Positions 1 to 10,024 of a DNA stretch of 64,000 bases are shown here, one piece after another. Made by a program: the position numbers and the translations under genes. The notes under the pieces were generated by a model. That model worked only from the letters and a program-made list of their open reading frames with translations. It was not told the origin of the DNA and ran no database searches. The stretch is from an uncultured SAR86 cluster bacterium (GTDB lineage Bacteria > Pseudomonadota > Gammaproteobacteria > Magnimaribacterales > AG-339-G14): positions 4,316-68,315 of the forward strand of contig CACBTL010000006.1 in the NCBI GenBank assembly GCA_902542145.1, read 5' to 3'. Numbering within the stretch: the stretch's first letter is position 1; each line of letters begins with the position of its first letter.

Positions 1-2
1 TT

Positions 3-305
3 GGAGTTAGCAACGATCTGAGGGATCAAATTGTCTCTCTTATTAATTTAGGAAAAAGCGGAGGTATTGACGGAATCGTTTGCTCTCCCAATGATCTTGC
101 TTATTTAAAGAAGGAGGAAATGGATTCTTTTATAACTGTTTGTCCAGGAATAAGAGTCAAAGCTAAGAGCGGAGGTCAAAAAAGAACTTCAACAATTCAT
201 GATGCCATTAATATGGGCGCAGACTACCTGGTAGTGGCGAGAGAAATAATTTCATCACCAGATCCTCTTAAAGTAATTAATGAAATTGATTCTTACTTTA
301 TTTAA
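3..305 (+). CDS. pyrF: Orotidine-5'-phosphate decarboxylase, 3' part (truncated by window start)
   Basis: Frame is open from base 3: GIDGIVCSP...VCPGIR...GGQKR...GADYLVVAR, the C-terminal OMP decarboxylase motifs. Confidence 0.9.
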   Translation, partial: GVSNDLRDQIVSLINLGKSGGIDGIVCSPNDLAYLKKEEMDSFITVCPGIRVKAKSGGQKRTSTIHDAINMGADYLVVAREIISSPDPLKVINEIDSYFI

Positions 306-1959
306 GAGAAATTTATTAATTTTTCTTTTTCTTATTTCTTTAATCGGTTTTTCTAGTTTATCTGTTTCAAAACATAATGCGGTTGTTGTCACGAGACATC
401 ACTTAGCAACTGAAGTTGGTTCAAAAATTCTCCTAGATGGCGGCAATGCTTTTGATGCAGCTATATCCGTAGCTTTTACTTTAGCAGTTGTAAATCCTTC
501 CGCAGGCAATATTGGCGGTGGAGGTTTTGCCTTACTTTATGATGCAAATGAGAAAACTATTGAATCGATAGATTATAGAGAAAGAGCCCCAACAAAAGCT
601 AAAGAAGATATGTTTCTCGATGAAAATGGTAATGTCATAAAAGGTTTAAGTACATCATCTTTTTTAGCTTCTGGAATTCCTGGAACTGTAGATGGTATGT
701 ACAAGATCCATAAAAAATATGGATCATTACCTATTAGTAAATTAATCTCACCTGCAATAGATCTTGCTGAAAAAGGATTTGAATTATCAAAATTTCAAGC
801 AGATTCCTTTAATAAAAACAGAGATAAATTTTCAAAAAATCTTGAAACAAAAAAAATTTTTGTTAAAAAAGATATATGGAAAGAAGGCGATCTTTTTATG
901 CAAAAGGACTTAGCAAAAACACTTAAAAGAATATCTAAGTTTGGAAGAGATGAATTTTATTCTGGCGAGACAGCAAAAAAAATTGTCACTTATTTTAAAA
1001 AAAATGGTGGTATTTTTACTAAAAATGATTTTTTAAATTACCAGTCCATATTTAAGCCTCCTCTTTGTTCAAACTTCATAGACTATAATATCTGTTCAAT
1101 GTCACTCCCAAGTTCGGGAGGTATTGTTCTATCACAATCACTGAATATTCTAGAAAACTTTGACTTAACTTCTTACGATCATGACTCTCTTGAATACAAT
1201 AGACTTTTAACTGAGGCAATGAGATTTTCATTTGCAGATAGGTCAGAATTTTTAGGGGATGCAGATTTCAATAATTTTGATATAAGCAGGATAACTTCTA
1301 AAAAGTATGCAAAAACTCTAGCATCAATAATTAAAAGCTCTAAAAGCAAAGTTGATATTGATTCTCCAGGAGAATATTTTATTGAAAGTGAAGAAACAAC
1401 TCATTTTTCAATAATAGATTCAAACGGAAATGCTGTTTCGAATACCTATACATTAAATACAGCTTATGGCTCTGGGATCATTGCAAAAGGAACTGGGATC
1501 CTCATGAATAATGAGATGGATGATTTTTCAATCAAACCAGGATTTCCAAATTTTTTTGGGCTAGTAGGTTCAGATGCAAATAAGGTTGAATCCAAGAAAG
1601 CGCCTCTTTCATCTATGACGCCAACGATTGTTCTTCAAGATGGAAAGCCCTTTTTAATTACTGGTTCTCCTGGAGGATCGACTATTATATCTACCGTGCT
1701 ACAGCTTTTATTAAATGTTTTAATTTTTGATATGGATATTGATGAGGCATCTAAAGCTAAACGTATTCATCACCAATGGAAGCCTGATGTTTTATTTATC
1801 GAGAATGAAAAATACTTAAAAGATATTGATGAATTTGGATTTGACACTATTTATAGGGAAAGAATTGGCGAAACACATTCTATACTTTTTCATAAGGGTA
1901 GATACGAAGGTTTTGCTGACTTAAGAAGACCAGATGGCAAAGCAATATCAGTACACTAA
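280..1959 (+). CDS. ggt: Gamma-glutamyltranspeptidase (secreted)
   Basis: Signal peptide; GGNAFDAA, GNIGGGGF, IDYRERAP, catalytic ETTHFS..D, NNEMDDFS, SSMTP, GSPGG. Confidence 0.96.
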   Translation: MKLILTLFKRNLLIFLFLISLIGFSSLSVSKHNAVVVTRHHLATEVGSKILLDGGNAFDAAISVAFTLAVVNPSAGNIGGGGFALLYDANEKTIESIDYRERAPTKAKEDMFLDENGNVIKGLSTSSFLASGIPGTVDGMYKIHKKYGSLPISKLISPAIDLAEKGFELSKFQADSFNKNRDKFSKNLETKKIFVKKDIWKEGDLFMQKDLAKTLKRISKFGRDEFYSGETAKKIVTYFKKNGGIFTKNDFLNYQSIFKPPLCSNFIDYNICSMSLPSSGGIVLSQSLNILENFDLTSYDHDSLEYNRLLTEAMRFSFADRSEFLGDADFNNFDISRITSKKYAKTLASIIKSSKSKVDIDSPGEYFIESEETTHFSIIDSNGNAVSNTYTLNTAYGSGIIAKGTGILMNNEMDDFSIKPGFPNFFGLVGSDANKVESKKAPLSSMTPTIVLQDGKPFLITGSPGGSTIISTVLQLLLNVLIFDMDIDEASKAKRIHHQWKPDVLFIENEKYLKDIDEFGFDTIYRERIGETHSILFHKGRYEGFADLRRPDGKAISVH

Positions 1960-3730
1960 GACAAAAGAAGTTTTCTCCAAAGAAAAAGAATTACCAAATC
2001 TTCCAGGGGTCTATAAATTTTATGATGAAAATAATAAGATTCTTTACATTGGCAAAGCAAAGAGCCTATCAAATAGGCTGAAGTCATATCTCTCTTCATC
2101 TAAAGATAGAAAAAAAAATGAACTAATTGACAAGATTAAATTTCTTGAACTATTCATCACAAAAACTGAAAGTGATGCTTTGCTTTTAGAACAAAACTTA
2201 ATTAGAAAACTTAAGCCACCCTTCAACGTTCAATTTAGAGATGATAAATCGTTTCCTGCTATTTATTTTTCTTCTGGTCATGATTTTCCAGGAATTTATT
2301 TAACTAGAAATAAAAAACTTAAAGGTATAAAACTTGGACCCTATGCCAATGTAAATGCAGCAAGACAATCCATAGATCTAACCAGGACACTGTTCGGCAT
2401 CAGAAATTGCTCTGATATGGTCTTCCAAAACCGCTCTAGACCATGCATTCAACATCAAATAGGTAAGTGCTCAGCTCCATGTGTTGGAAAAATATCACAA
2501 GAGAATTATCTTGAAGAGATCGAATCAGCTATAAAGTTTATAGAAGGCAAGGATAAATCTTTTCTTGATGTTATGTATTCTAAAATGGATAAGTACTCAT
2601 CTTTAAAAGAGTTTGAAAGAGCAGCACTTTATAGAGATAAGATCAAAGCCTATAGGGATATTCAAAAAGATCAATCCGTCTTTACCATCTACGACAATGC
2701 GGTTGCGATAACTAAAAAATCTAATGAATATGTTTATTGTATTTCTATTTTAGAAATAAAAGATGGTTGGCTCACAAATGCAGAAAACTATTTTTCAAAA
2801 AAAGATAAGCACATCTCAGAAGAGGAACTTATGGAAAGCTTTCTTTCAAAGATTTTGATAGAAAAAAACTTAGAAAATTTAACTCTATTATCAGATTTTA
2901 AATTTAGTAATTTAAGTTCGCAGCTCGATAACAAAAAAATAAACTTAGAGAACAAGAATCATAAAAATAAAAAAATCTTTGAGTTGGCTTCTATACAATC
3001 AGAAGATGGCCTTCAACGCCAATATAATTACCCTTGGATAACTGAAGGACTTTCTTTAATTGAAGATAAAACTCGATCAAAAATAAACAGGATAGAAGGC
3101 TTTGATGTTAGCCATTTTTCCGGCGATAACGTTACTGCCTCATGCGTGGTATTTGATAAAGAAGGACCACAAAAAAAACAGTATCGAACTTTTAATATAA
3201 AAATTAATAAAAATGACGATTATCAAGCAATGAAAGAAGTTTTATTCAGAAGATTTAAAAGACTTAAAAGAGAAGATAATAATTTTCCTGATGTGATTGT
3301 TATAGATGGCGGAAAAGGGCAACTTTCATCAGCTAAGAAGGTAATTGATCTATATGAAGACTGCGATACAAGAATACTTTCATTGGTTAAAGGACCAGAT
3401 AGAAATTCTAAATATGATGATGTTCTCTATTTTTCTAATGGGAAAATTAAAAGAATGAACCTCGAACTTGAAGGTAAACAACTTCTTCAATTTATTAGAG
3501 ATGAGTCACATAGATTTGCTTTATCTAGAAGCAAAAAAAGAAGAAAAAATGTTACACGTTCTGCTCTTGATGAAATTAAAGGAATAGGAAGCAAAAATAA
3601 AAATAATCTTCTTAGGCATTTTGGAGGAATAGAATCTCTTAGGAAAGCAAACATAGATCAGATAAAATCTATCGAAGGGATTGGACCAATGAGAGCTAAA
3701 TTAATCTTTAATTACTTGAATGAAAAATGA
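1934..3730 (+). CDS. uvrC: Excinuclease ABC subunit C
   Basis: GIY-YIG N-terminus (PGVYKF..LYIGKAK), Cys cluster, IEGFDVSH, IDGGKGQ, RDESHRFA, HhH C-terminus. Confidence 0.97.
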   Translation: MAKQYQYTKTKEVFSKEKELPNLPGVYKFYDENNKILYIGKAKSLSNRLKSYLSSSKDRKKNELIDKIKFLELFITKTESDALLLEQNLIRKLKPPFNVQFRDDKSFPAIYFSSGHDFPGIYLTRNKKLKGIKLGPYANVNAARQSIDLTRTLFGIRNCSDMVFQNRSRPCIQHQIGKCSAPCVGKISQENYLEEIESAIKFIEGKDKSFLDVMYSKMDKYSSLKEFERAALYRDKIKAYRDIQKDQSVFTIYDNAVAITKKSNEYVYCISILEIKDGWLTNAENYFSKKDKHISEEELMESFLSKILIEKNLENLTLLSDFKFSNLSSQLDNKKINLENKNHKNKKIFELASIQSEDGLQRQYNYPWITEGLSLIEDKTRSKINRIEGFDVSHFSGDNVTASCVVFDKEGPQKKQYRTFNIKINKNDDYQAMKEVLFRRFKRLKREDNNFPDVIVIDGGKGQLSSAKKVIDLYEDCDTRILSLVKGPDRNSKYDDVLYFSNGKIKRMNLELEGKQLLQFIRDESHRFALSRSKKRRKNVTRSALDEIKGIGSKNKNNLLRHFGGIESLRKANIDQIKSIEGIGPMRAKLIFNYLNEK

Positions 3731-4290
3731 AAAATAACCCATTTGTCAAAAGATCAAAAATTCTTGAGGAAAATTCTGAATACTTATTCAAAGTCGTAAA
3801 AAATATTTCATCAATTTTCACGGAGGTAATTAATGATAATGGAAAACTGATTTTTGCTGGAAATGGTGGAAGCGCAGCTGAGGCTCAGCATATGTCTGCT
3901 GAATACGTAGGAACACTAGTTACTTCAAATAAAAGGGATCCAATTCCATCTATTGCCTTATCAACAGATACTTCATTCATAACGGCATGGTCAAATGATC
4001 AAGGTTATGAAGATATTTTCAGAAGACAACTACAAGCCCTAGCTAAAAATAACGACTGTTTCATTACATATTCAACTTCTGGAGAAAGTGAAAATATTAT
4101 CAAGGCTATAAATTATGCGAATTTTTTAGGAATAAAAACCATTTCTTTTACCGGTATCAATGAATCCAGTGTTTCGAAAATATCTTATTATACTTTTAAG
4201 GCACCATCTGAAGAAACAGCAATAATACAAGAATTACATACCATTGTTGGCCATGAAATTTGTTCAATCATTGATAAAGAATTTTCATGA
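3727..4290 (+). CDS. gmhA: Phosphoheptose isomerase (SIS domain)
   Basis: GNGGSAAEAQH, STSGES, IQELH..GH motifs. Confidence 0.88.
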   Translation: MKNNPFVKRSKILEENSEYLFKVVKNISSIFTEVINDNGKLIFAGNGGSAAEAQHMSAEYVGTLVTSNKRDPIPSIALSTDTSFITAWSNDQGYEDIFRRQLQALAKNNDCFITYSTSGESENIIKAINYANFLGIKTISFTGINESSVSKISYYTFKAPSEETAIIQELHTIVGHEICSIIDKEFS

Positions 4291-4799
4291 TTCCTAACTT
4301 AATATCTTTATCAAGAATTATTCTTATTCTTCCAATAATCTTTTGCATGATCATAAACAATATCAATCTTGCTTTTTTTATTTTTCTTGTAGCAAGTTTT
4401 ACTGATTTTTTAGACGGTTACTTGGCTCGGTATTTAAATCAAGAATCTTTAATAGGTGCAAATTTAGACCTCCTGGCAGATAAAATTTTCATCTGTAGTT
4501 TATTAATTTTTGTATCTTTTCACTTTGATAATTTTACTTTCCTTGTGATGACAATTTTAATTGTAGCTAGAGAGCTTTCTATAGGAAATATTCGTCAATA
4601 CTATTTAGAAACCAAAAAAATAAATAAAGCCAAAGTTAATTTTTTAGGCAAGTTTAAAACTTTTTTTCAAATATTTTCATTAGGGACTGCAATCATCTTT
4701 CTTGATAGTGATTATTCATCAATTGTTGAGATTATAATTGTTATCGCAGCTATCTTGTCTTGGTTATCACTTCTTAATTATACAAATGTCAAAAATTAG
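4287..4799 (+). CDS. pgsA: CDP-diacylglycerol--glycerol-3-phosphate 3-phosphatidyltransferase
   Basis: IPNLISLSR, TDFLDGYLAR...G..LD..ADK motif, GKFKT; downstream of uvrC. Confidence 0.93.
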   Translation: MIPNLISLSRIILILPIIFCMIINNINLAFFIFLVASFTDFLDGYLARYLNQESLIGANLDLLADKIFICSLLIFVSFHFDNFTFLVMTILIVARELSIGNIRQYYLETKKINKAKVNFLGKFKTFFQIFSLGTAIIFLDSDYSSIVEIIIVIAAILSWLSLLNYTNVKN

Positions 4800-5898
4800 A
4801 AAAATCCCTTTCATTGATTTGAGTTTGAAGAAATCAGACTCTAATAGAACTGCAAAAGGAATTTCAAAACTTATTGAAAACAAAAATTTTATAGGCGGAG
4901 AGGAAGTCTTAAGATTCCAGGATAATTTTTCTAAATTTAACGATAGTAAATATTGTCTTGGGGTTGCCAATGGAACTGATGCCTTAGAGATTGCAATAGA
5001 AAGTTTAAATTTACCCAAAAACTCTGAAGTTATTGTTCCTAATTTTACTTTTTTGTCTCCAGCAGAGGCTGTTGTAAGGGCAGGCTTTAAATTGGTTTTG
5101 GCAGATATAAATAATGAGGATTTTACGATCTCAATAGAATCTATAAAAAAGTTAACAACAAAAAAAACAAGCGCTCTTATAGTTGTACATTTATTTGGAA
5201 ATCCATGCGATATGAATGAGATTAAAAAATTTGCCAAAGATAAAGATATTAAAATCATAGAAGACTGCTCTCAAGCACATGGAGCAAAGTTCAAGGGGAA
5301 AAATGTTGGAAATTTTGGAGACATTGGAACCTTTAGCTTTTACCCCACAAAAAATCTTGGAGCATTTGGAGATGCTGGGGCAATTGTGACCAACAATAGA
5401 AGTCTTTTTGAAAAAGCTCAGAAAATAGCCAATCATGGGAGAGTTGATACATATGATCACATTTTAGCTGGAAGAAACTCAAGGCTTGATACATTCCAAG
5501 CTTTGGTGTTAAACCTTAAGTTAAAAAAGCTTGAAGAGAACAACGAACAAAGACTACAACAAGCTGATTATCTCTTTGAATCCATTAAAGGATCCTGTGT
5601 AGACACCATGAAATTGTCAAGATATCAATCTTCAGTGTTTCATCAATTTCCTATTTTATGTGAGGAAAGGGATTATTTAATGAAATTTCTTAAAAAGAGG
5701 GGGATAGCTTGTGGTATTTATTACCCAAAACCTCTATCAAAAATGAAAGCATTTTCAAAAAAGGTAAATAAAAATCAAATACATAGTATTAACTCTGAAT
5801 TAGCATCAAAAAGAATCTTAAGTTTACCAATAGGTCCGCATCTAAATTTTAAAGATTCAGAATATATAGCTAATGCTATACAATCATTCAAAAATTAA
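4786..5898 (+). CDS. DegT/DnrJ/EryC1/StrS PLP-dependent sugar aminotransferase
   Basis: NGTDAL, IEDCSQAHG, SFYPTKNLGAFGDAG, GRNSRLD; start taken at ATG 4786. Confidence 0.92.
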   Translation: MSKIRKIPFIDLSLKKSDSNRTAKGISKLIENKNFIGGEEVLRFQDNFSKFNDSKYCLGVANGTDALEIAIESLNLPKNSEVIVPNFTFLSPAEAVVRAGFKLVLADINNEDFTISIESIKKLTTKKTSALIVVHLFGNPCDMNEIKKFAKDKDIKIIEDCSQAHGAKFKGKNVGNFGDIGTFSFYPTKNLGAFGDAGAIVTNNRSLFEKAQKIANHGRVDTYDHILAGRNSRLDTFQALVLNLKLKKLEENNEQRLQQADYLFESIKGSCVDTMKLSRYQSSVFHQFPILCEERDYLMKFLKKRGIACGIYYPKPLSKMKAFSKKVNKNQIHSINSELASKRILSLPIGPHLNFKDSEYIANAIQSFKN

Positions 5899-5899
5899 T

Positions 5900-5973
5900 G
5901 GCTGAGTGGCAGAGTGGTTATGCAGCGGACTGCAAATCCGTGGACGCCGGTTCGATTCCGACCTCAGCCTCCA
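5900..5973 (+). tRNA. tRNA-Cys(GCA)
   Basis: GGCTGAG/CTCAGCC acceptor stem, anticodon loop CTGCAAA, GGTTCGATTCC, encoded CCA. Confidence 0.97.
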
Positions 5974-5987
5974 TAAATTTTTTGTGT

Positions 5988-6074
5988 GCCCAGGTGGTGG
6001 AATTGGTAGACACAAGGGACTTAAAATCCCTCGAAGGCAACTTCGTGCCGGTTCAAGTCCGGCCCTGGGTACCA
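5988..6074 (+). tRNA. tRNA-Leu(TAA)
   Basis: GCCCAGG/CCTGGGT acceptor, loop CTTAAAA, long variable arm, GGTTCAAGTCC, ACCA end. Confidence 0.97.
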
Positions 6075-6075
6075 C

Positions 6076-7083
6076 TTAAGTATCTATGAGATAATCTTTT
6101 TCAGATGTATTCCAAGTCTCAGGAATGATATTTGTCTCAATGACTTTTTCTATACCTTTCTCGAGCTTTGTTCTCACCTTGTAATCAAGGATTCTTTCAG
6201 CCAGCGACGTATCACAATATCTATAATTTATCTCCCTAGAATCCTCTCTATCCGTATTAGAAAAATTTTTATTCATAGAGGGAAATATTTTATTTTCTTT
6301 ACCGCATTTCTTAATTATTAGATTTGCAAGATCAATGAGATTAATTGGTTCCGAGCTATTTCCAATGTTTAGTGTTCTATTATTTGCCTTGGATGAAAAA
6401 AGGGCATCAACTGTAGCCCTAGCCGTGTCCTGTGAAAAGTTATAAGACCTTTCTTGGCTTCCATCTCCATTAATTATAGGAGGTAAATTTCTTTGAACTC
6501 TAAAAATAAATTTGGGAATTACAAACTGGGCCACTTGAAATGGCCCATAAGTATTGAAGTATCTTAATATACTAAAATTAAATGACTTATATTCATATTG
6601 GTATGCTTTCACAAGTTCTTCACCAGCAAGTTTACTAACAGCATACAAGGTTTTACCTTGAGTAATATCGGTCTCTTCAATAGGATTTTTTATCGGCTCT
6701 CCATAAACTTCAGAAGATGAGGCAAAAACTATTTTTTTAATATTTTTATTGTTTGAAATTAGATCAAGGATATTTTTTGTTCCTTCGATATTTATTTCTA
6801 AACATCTTAATTTATTTTTCTCTGTTCTCTGAACTCCTAGATGAGCTGCTAAATGAATTACGCCATCACATTCTTTTATAGCATCTCTAAGAGATGTTTT
6901 ATCCATTATTGAGCCAGAAAAAAAATTAATTTTTTTGTTTAAATATGGCCCCGTTAGATTTATCTGTTCAGATAAATCATAGAGGATAACTTCCTTTTTT
7001 CTTCTGACTAATTCATTACAAACTGGCACACCAATACAACCAGCTCCTCCAGTTACAAGTATTTTTTTTATTTTACTCGACAT
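6076..7083 (-). CDS. NAD-dependent nucleotide-sugar epimerase/dehydratase
   Basis: TGGAGCIG, SSSEVYG, YAVSK (YxxxK), RYFNTYGP; start taken at ATG 7083. Confidence 0.9.
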   Translation of the reverse strand: MSSKIKKILVTGGAGCIGVPVCNELVRRKKEVILYDLSEQINLTGPYLNKKINFFSGSIMDKTSLRDAIKECDGVIHLAAHLGVQRTEKNKLRCLEINIEGTKNILDLISNNKNIKKIVFASSSEVYGEPIKNPIEETDITQGKTLYAVSKLAGEELVKAYQYEYKSFNFSILRYFNTYGPFQVAQFVIPKFIFRVQRNLPPIINGDGSQERSYNFSQDTARATVDALFSSKANNRTLNIGNSSEPINLIDLANLIIKKCGKENKIFPSMNKNFSNTDREDSREINYRYCDTSLAERILDYKVRTKLEKGIEKVIETNIIPETWNTSEKDYLIDT

Positions 7084-8227
7084 CAACAATCCTTTTCTGA
7101 ATAAATTGCTTTGTAATTTTTGTTTCTTCAATAAACTTAACTATTCTTTTTGCAGCCTTCCCATCTCCGTAAGGATTTTTTAAATTTTTCATTTTGAGAA
7201 TAAATTTTTTGTCATTTAAAACCTTTTGAATAGCTTTTTTTATCTCATATCTATCATGTTTTACATCTAAAACATTGGATGCTCTCAATCTTCCATTCTG
7301 TCTAGTTCCTATATTTATTACAGGTAGTCCAAAACTAGGAGCCTCTCTTATTCCTGCTGAAGAATTCCCTATCATAAAGGATGCATATTTCATTAGACTC
7401 AAAAAATCTTTACTATCCATATTTGGGATGAAGGTAAATTTTTTATTATCCTTTAGTAATTTTGAAATTTTCTTGCCACCAGCATCAGGATTAGATGATA
7501 AATTAATAACATTGAAGTCATTGAATTCATCTAAAGCCTTTAAAGTTTCTAATATTTGATAAGACTCTTCACCATACTCAGTCGTAACAGGATGTTGAGT
7601 AAAAATACAAAATCTCTTATCAAAAGGTAATTTGTATTTTCTTTCAAGTTCCTTTTTGGATGTCGGTTTTAAGTTATTTATTTCATCAATATAAGGACAT
7701 CCAACTTTTTTAACATATTTTGTTGGCTCTCCCATTTTTATAATTCTTTTTTTTGCATCTGAAGTCGCTGGAAAATGAAAGTGAGATAACTTTGTCACTG
7801 CATGTCTGATTGATTCATCAATAGTTCCAGTTACTTCTCCACCTTGAATATGAAATATAGGAAAGTTCATCAGACTTGCTGCAGTTGCTGCGGAAAGAGT
7901 TTCTACTCTATCAACGGTTAATAATACAACATCAGGTTTTAAACTATCCAGAGCATCTGCTATTCCGGCAGTACATTTAGCTGTAGCAAGAGTCATGCCC
8001 AGAGGTGAGTCATACTCATCATCATACATTTTTACCTTTTTATTAATTTTAAATCCATCGTTTAAAATTTCTTTGTAGGAAAAACCATGAGATTTCAGTA
8101 AGTGGGATCCTGTTACGATAATTTGAAGATCTAAATTTTTATTTTTTTTTATGAGTTTTAAGACTGACTTAACTCTTGGATAATCTGCCCTTGTTCCTGT
8201 TATGCAACAAATTTTCTTCTTTTTCAC
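7073..8227 (-). CDS. neuC: UDP-GlcNAc 2-epimerase (hydrolysing)
   Basis: TGTRADY, HIQGGEVTGTIDESIRHAVTKLSH, GNSSAGIREAP, NPYGDG. Confidence 0.93.
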   Translation of the reverse strand: MKKKKICCITGTRADYPRVKSVLKLIKKNKNLDLQIIVTGSHLLKSHGFSYKEILNDGFKINKKVKMYDDEYDSPLGMTLATAKCTAGIADALDSLKPDVVLLTVDRVETLSAATAASLMNFPIFHIQGGEVTGTIDESIRHAVTKLSHFHFPATSDAKKRIIKMGEPTKYVKKVGCPYIDEINNLKPTSKKELERKYKLPFDKRFCIFTQHPVTTEYGEESYQILETLKALDEFNDFNVINLSSNPDAGGKKISKLLKDNKKFTFIPNMDSKDFLSLMKYASFMIGNSSAGIREAPSFGLPVINIGTRQNGRLRASNVLDVKHDRYEIKKAIQKVLNDKKFILKMKNLKNPYGDGKAAKRIVKFIEETKITKQFIQKRIVDVE

Positions 8228-9264
8228 TTAAGATCATCCTTTTGAATATGCTGATCCTTTTTAATATCTCTAACAGCTTTTTTTCCTAAAATACTTTCAA
8301 AATCTTTCGCAAAAAAGGGTCCATCTCCTGGTCTTTTAACCCATATATTTTTCATATCAAAAATTTCACCTTTTTTTATATCTTTAATAGATACAACAGA
8401 AGCATATGCGAAATTTATGACATCTCTTTCTTCTTCTATGGGACCTTTTTTTCCTCCTCTGGCTAATGCTAATTTTTTTGCTCCTTCAACAAGTTCTTTT
8501 GCGGCTTTAGGATCCATTGAGTTCTCTATATCTGGACCCTCTCTCTTCATATTATCAGTAAAATGCCTCTCTAAAATTGAAGCGCCTAAAGCAACTCCAC
8601 CAAAACAAGCTAAGTTATCAGTGGTATGATCTGACAGTCCTATAACAGCTCTTGGAAAGTTATCATAAAGCTCTTTTATCGAACCCAACCTTACTAAATG
8701 ATGCGGAGTAGGATAGATATTTGTAGTATGCAGCAAGGCATAGTCAATATTAAACGATTCCATTATATCCACACTGGTCTTTACTGAATCAATATCATTC
8801 ATACCAGTACTCAAAATAATAGGCTTACCAAATGAACATATATGTTTTATCAAGGGATAATTATTGCATTCCCCAGACCCTATCTTAAAAGCCGGCACAT
8901 CAATTTCGTTTAAAAAATTTGAAGCCGCCCTAGAGAATGGCGTGCTCATGTAGATACACCCTTTATCCTCAACGAATTTCTTAAGTTCGATTTCTTCATC
9001 TTGACTTAATGCACAATCTTCCATCAATTCATATATGCTCTTTCCGATGTATGAAATTTTTTCCTTCTTGGCTTGAGAGGACATCTCATCCTCAACTATA
9101 TGAGTTTGATGTTTTACAATATCAACACCAGAATCAATGGCTTTTTTTGCCATATTTTTTGCAACTTCTAAACTTCCACCATGATTTATTCCAATTTCAG
9201 CAATAACAAGTGGGTCATGACTCAAACCTATTTTTCTATTAGATATTATAATTTCTCTATTCAT
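8224..9264 (-). CDS. neuB: N-acetylneuraminate synthase with C-terminal AFL/SAF domain
   Basis: AEIGINHGG, KHQTHIVEDEMS, KIGSGECNN, SDHT, ERHFT, FAYASVV..WVKRPG; start taken at ATG 9264. Confidence 0.95.
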   Translation of the reverse strand: MNREIIISNRKIGLSHDPLVIAEIGINHGGSLEVAKNMAKKAIDSGVDIVKHQTHIVEDEMSSQAKKEKISYIGKSIYELMEDCALSQDEEIELKKFVEDKGCIYMSTPFSRAASNFLNEIDVPAFKIGSGECNNYPLIKHICSFGKPIILSTGMNDIDSVKTSVDIMESFNIDYALLHTTNIYPTPHHLVRLGSIKELYDNFPRAVIGLSDHTTDNLACFGGVALGASILERHFTDNMKREGPDIENSMDPKAAKELVEGAKKLALARGGKKGPIEEERDVINFAYASVVSIKDIKKGEIFDMKNIWVKRPGDGPFFAKDFESILGKKAVRDIKKDQHIQKDDLK

Positions 9265-9271
9265 TTTTAAC

Positions 9272-9964
9272 TTAAATATAGCTTTCAGCTTTTTTGATAT
9301 CATTTATTAGATCAATATCAATACTGTCTTTTGCAGACATTATATATGGCAAAGAATTATTGGAAGGAAATATCTTTTTTCTTTTGAAATTATTTTTAGT
9401 GAATATATAAATAGCTCCATTAGCTTGGTACGTTGATGGTAGATCTTGACGTCTATAGTTAGTCTTCTCTTCATTGAATAAGGATTTAAGAAGACCATTT
9501 TTATTTAATTTAAAGCTTTTAAAAGGAATTTCCTTTGACTTTACAACACTAACTGATGATAACTTATTAAATTGTTTCATTGCTTCAAAACATTCATTGA
9601 TATGTTTATGTGTTCTCAAAGGAGAGGTTGGCTGAAGATAGATAATGATAAAATCTTTTTTGAAATCTTTCTCAATTTCATAAATAAAGTGATTCACAAC
9701 ATCTTTAGCAGGGGAATTATCTTTACAAAATTTCTCTGGTCTATCTATCGATAAAATATCTTCATATTTACTTGTTATTTTTTTAACTTTTTTGCAATTA
9801 GTTGAAACAAATATCTCATCAATAAATTTACTTTTTAAGGCAGAAACAAGTGTATGCTCAATTAAGGGCTTTCCTTTAATCATGAAGATATTTTTATCTT
9901 TTAAACCTTTTGATCCCTTTCTAGCAGGGATTAGGGCAAAAACCTTTTTCTCTAAAAAAGCCAT
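9272..9964 (-). CDS. neuA: CMP-N-acetylneuraminate synthetase
   Basis: IPARKGSKGLKDKN, LQPTSPLR, RRQDLP..Y.ANGAIY, SIDID. Confidence 0.93.
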   Translation of the reverse strand: MAFLEKKVFALIPARKGSKGLKDKNIFMIKGKPLIEHTLVSALKSKFIDEIFVSTNCKKVKKITSKYEDILSIDRPEKFCKDNSPAKDVVNHFIYEIEKDFKKDFIIIYLQPTSPLRTHKHINECFEAMKQFNKLSSVSVVKSKEIPFKSFKLNKNGLLKSLFNEEKTNYRRQDLPSTYQANGAIYIFTKNNFKRKKIFPSNNSLPYIMSAKDSIDIDLINDIKKAESYI

Positions 9965-10024
9965 TTCCTTAATTTTTCTAATTTTAATGTAGTATACGCA
10001 AACATAACCATGTTTAATTAAATT

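Noticed and set aside
5884-6089. Two 63-aa ORFs (5884-6075 minus, 5898-6089 plus)
   Set aside because: They are translations of the tRNA-Cys and tRNA-Leu genes
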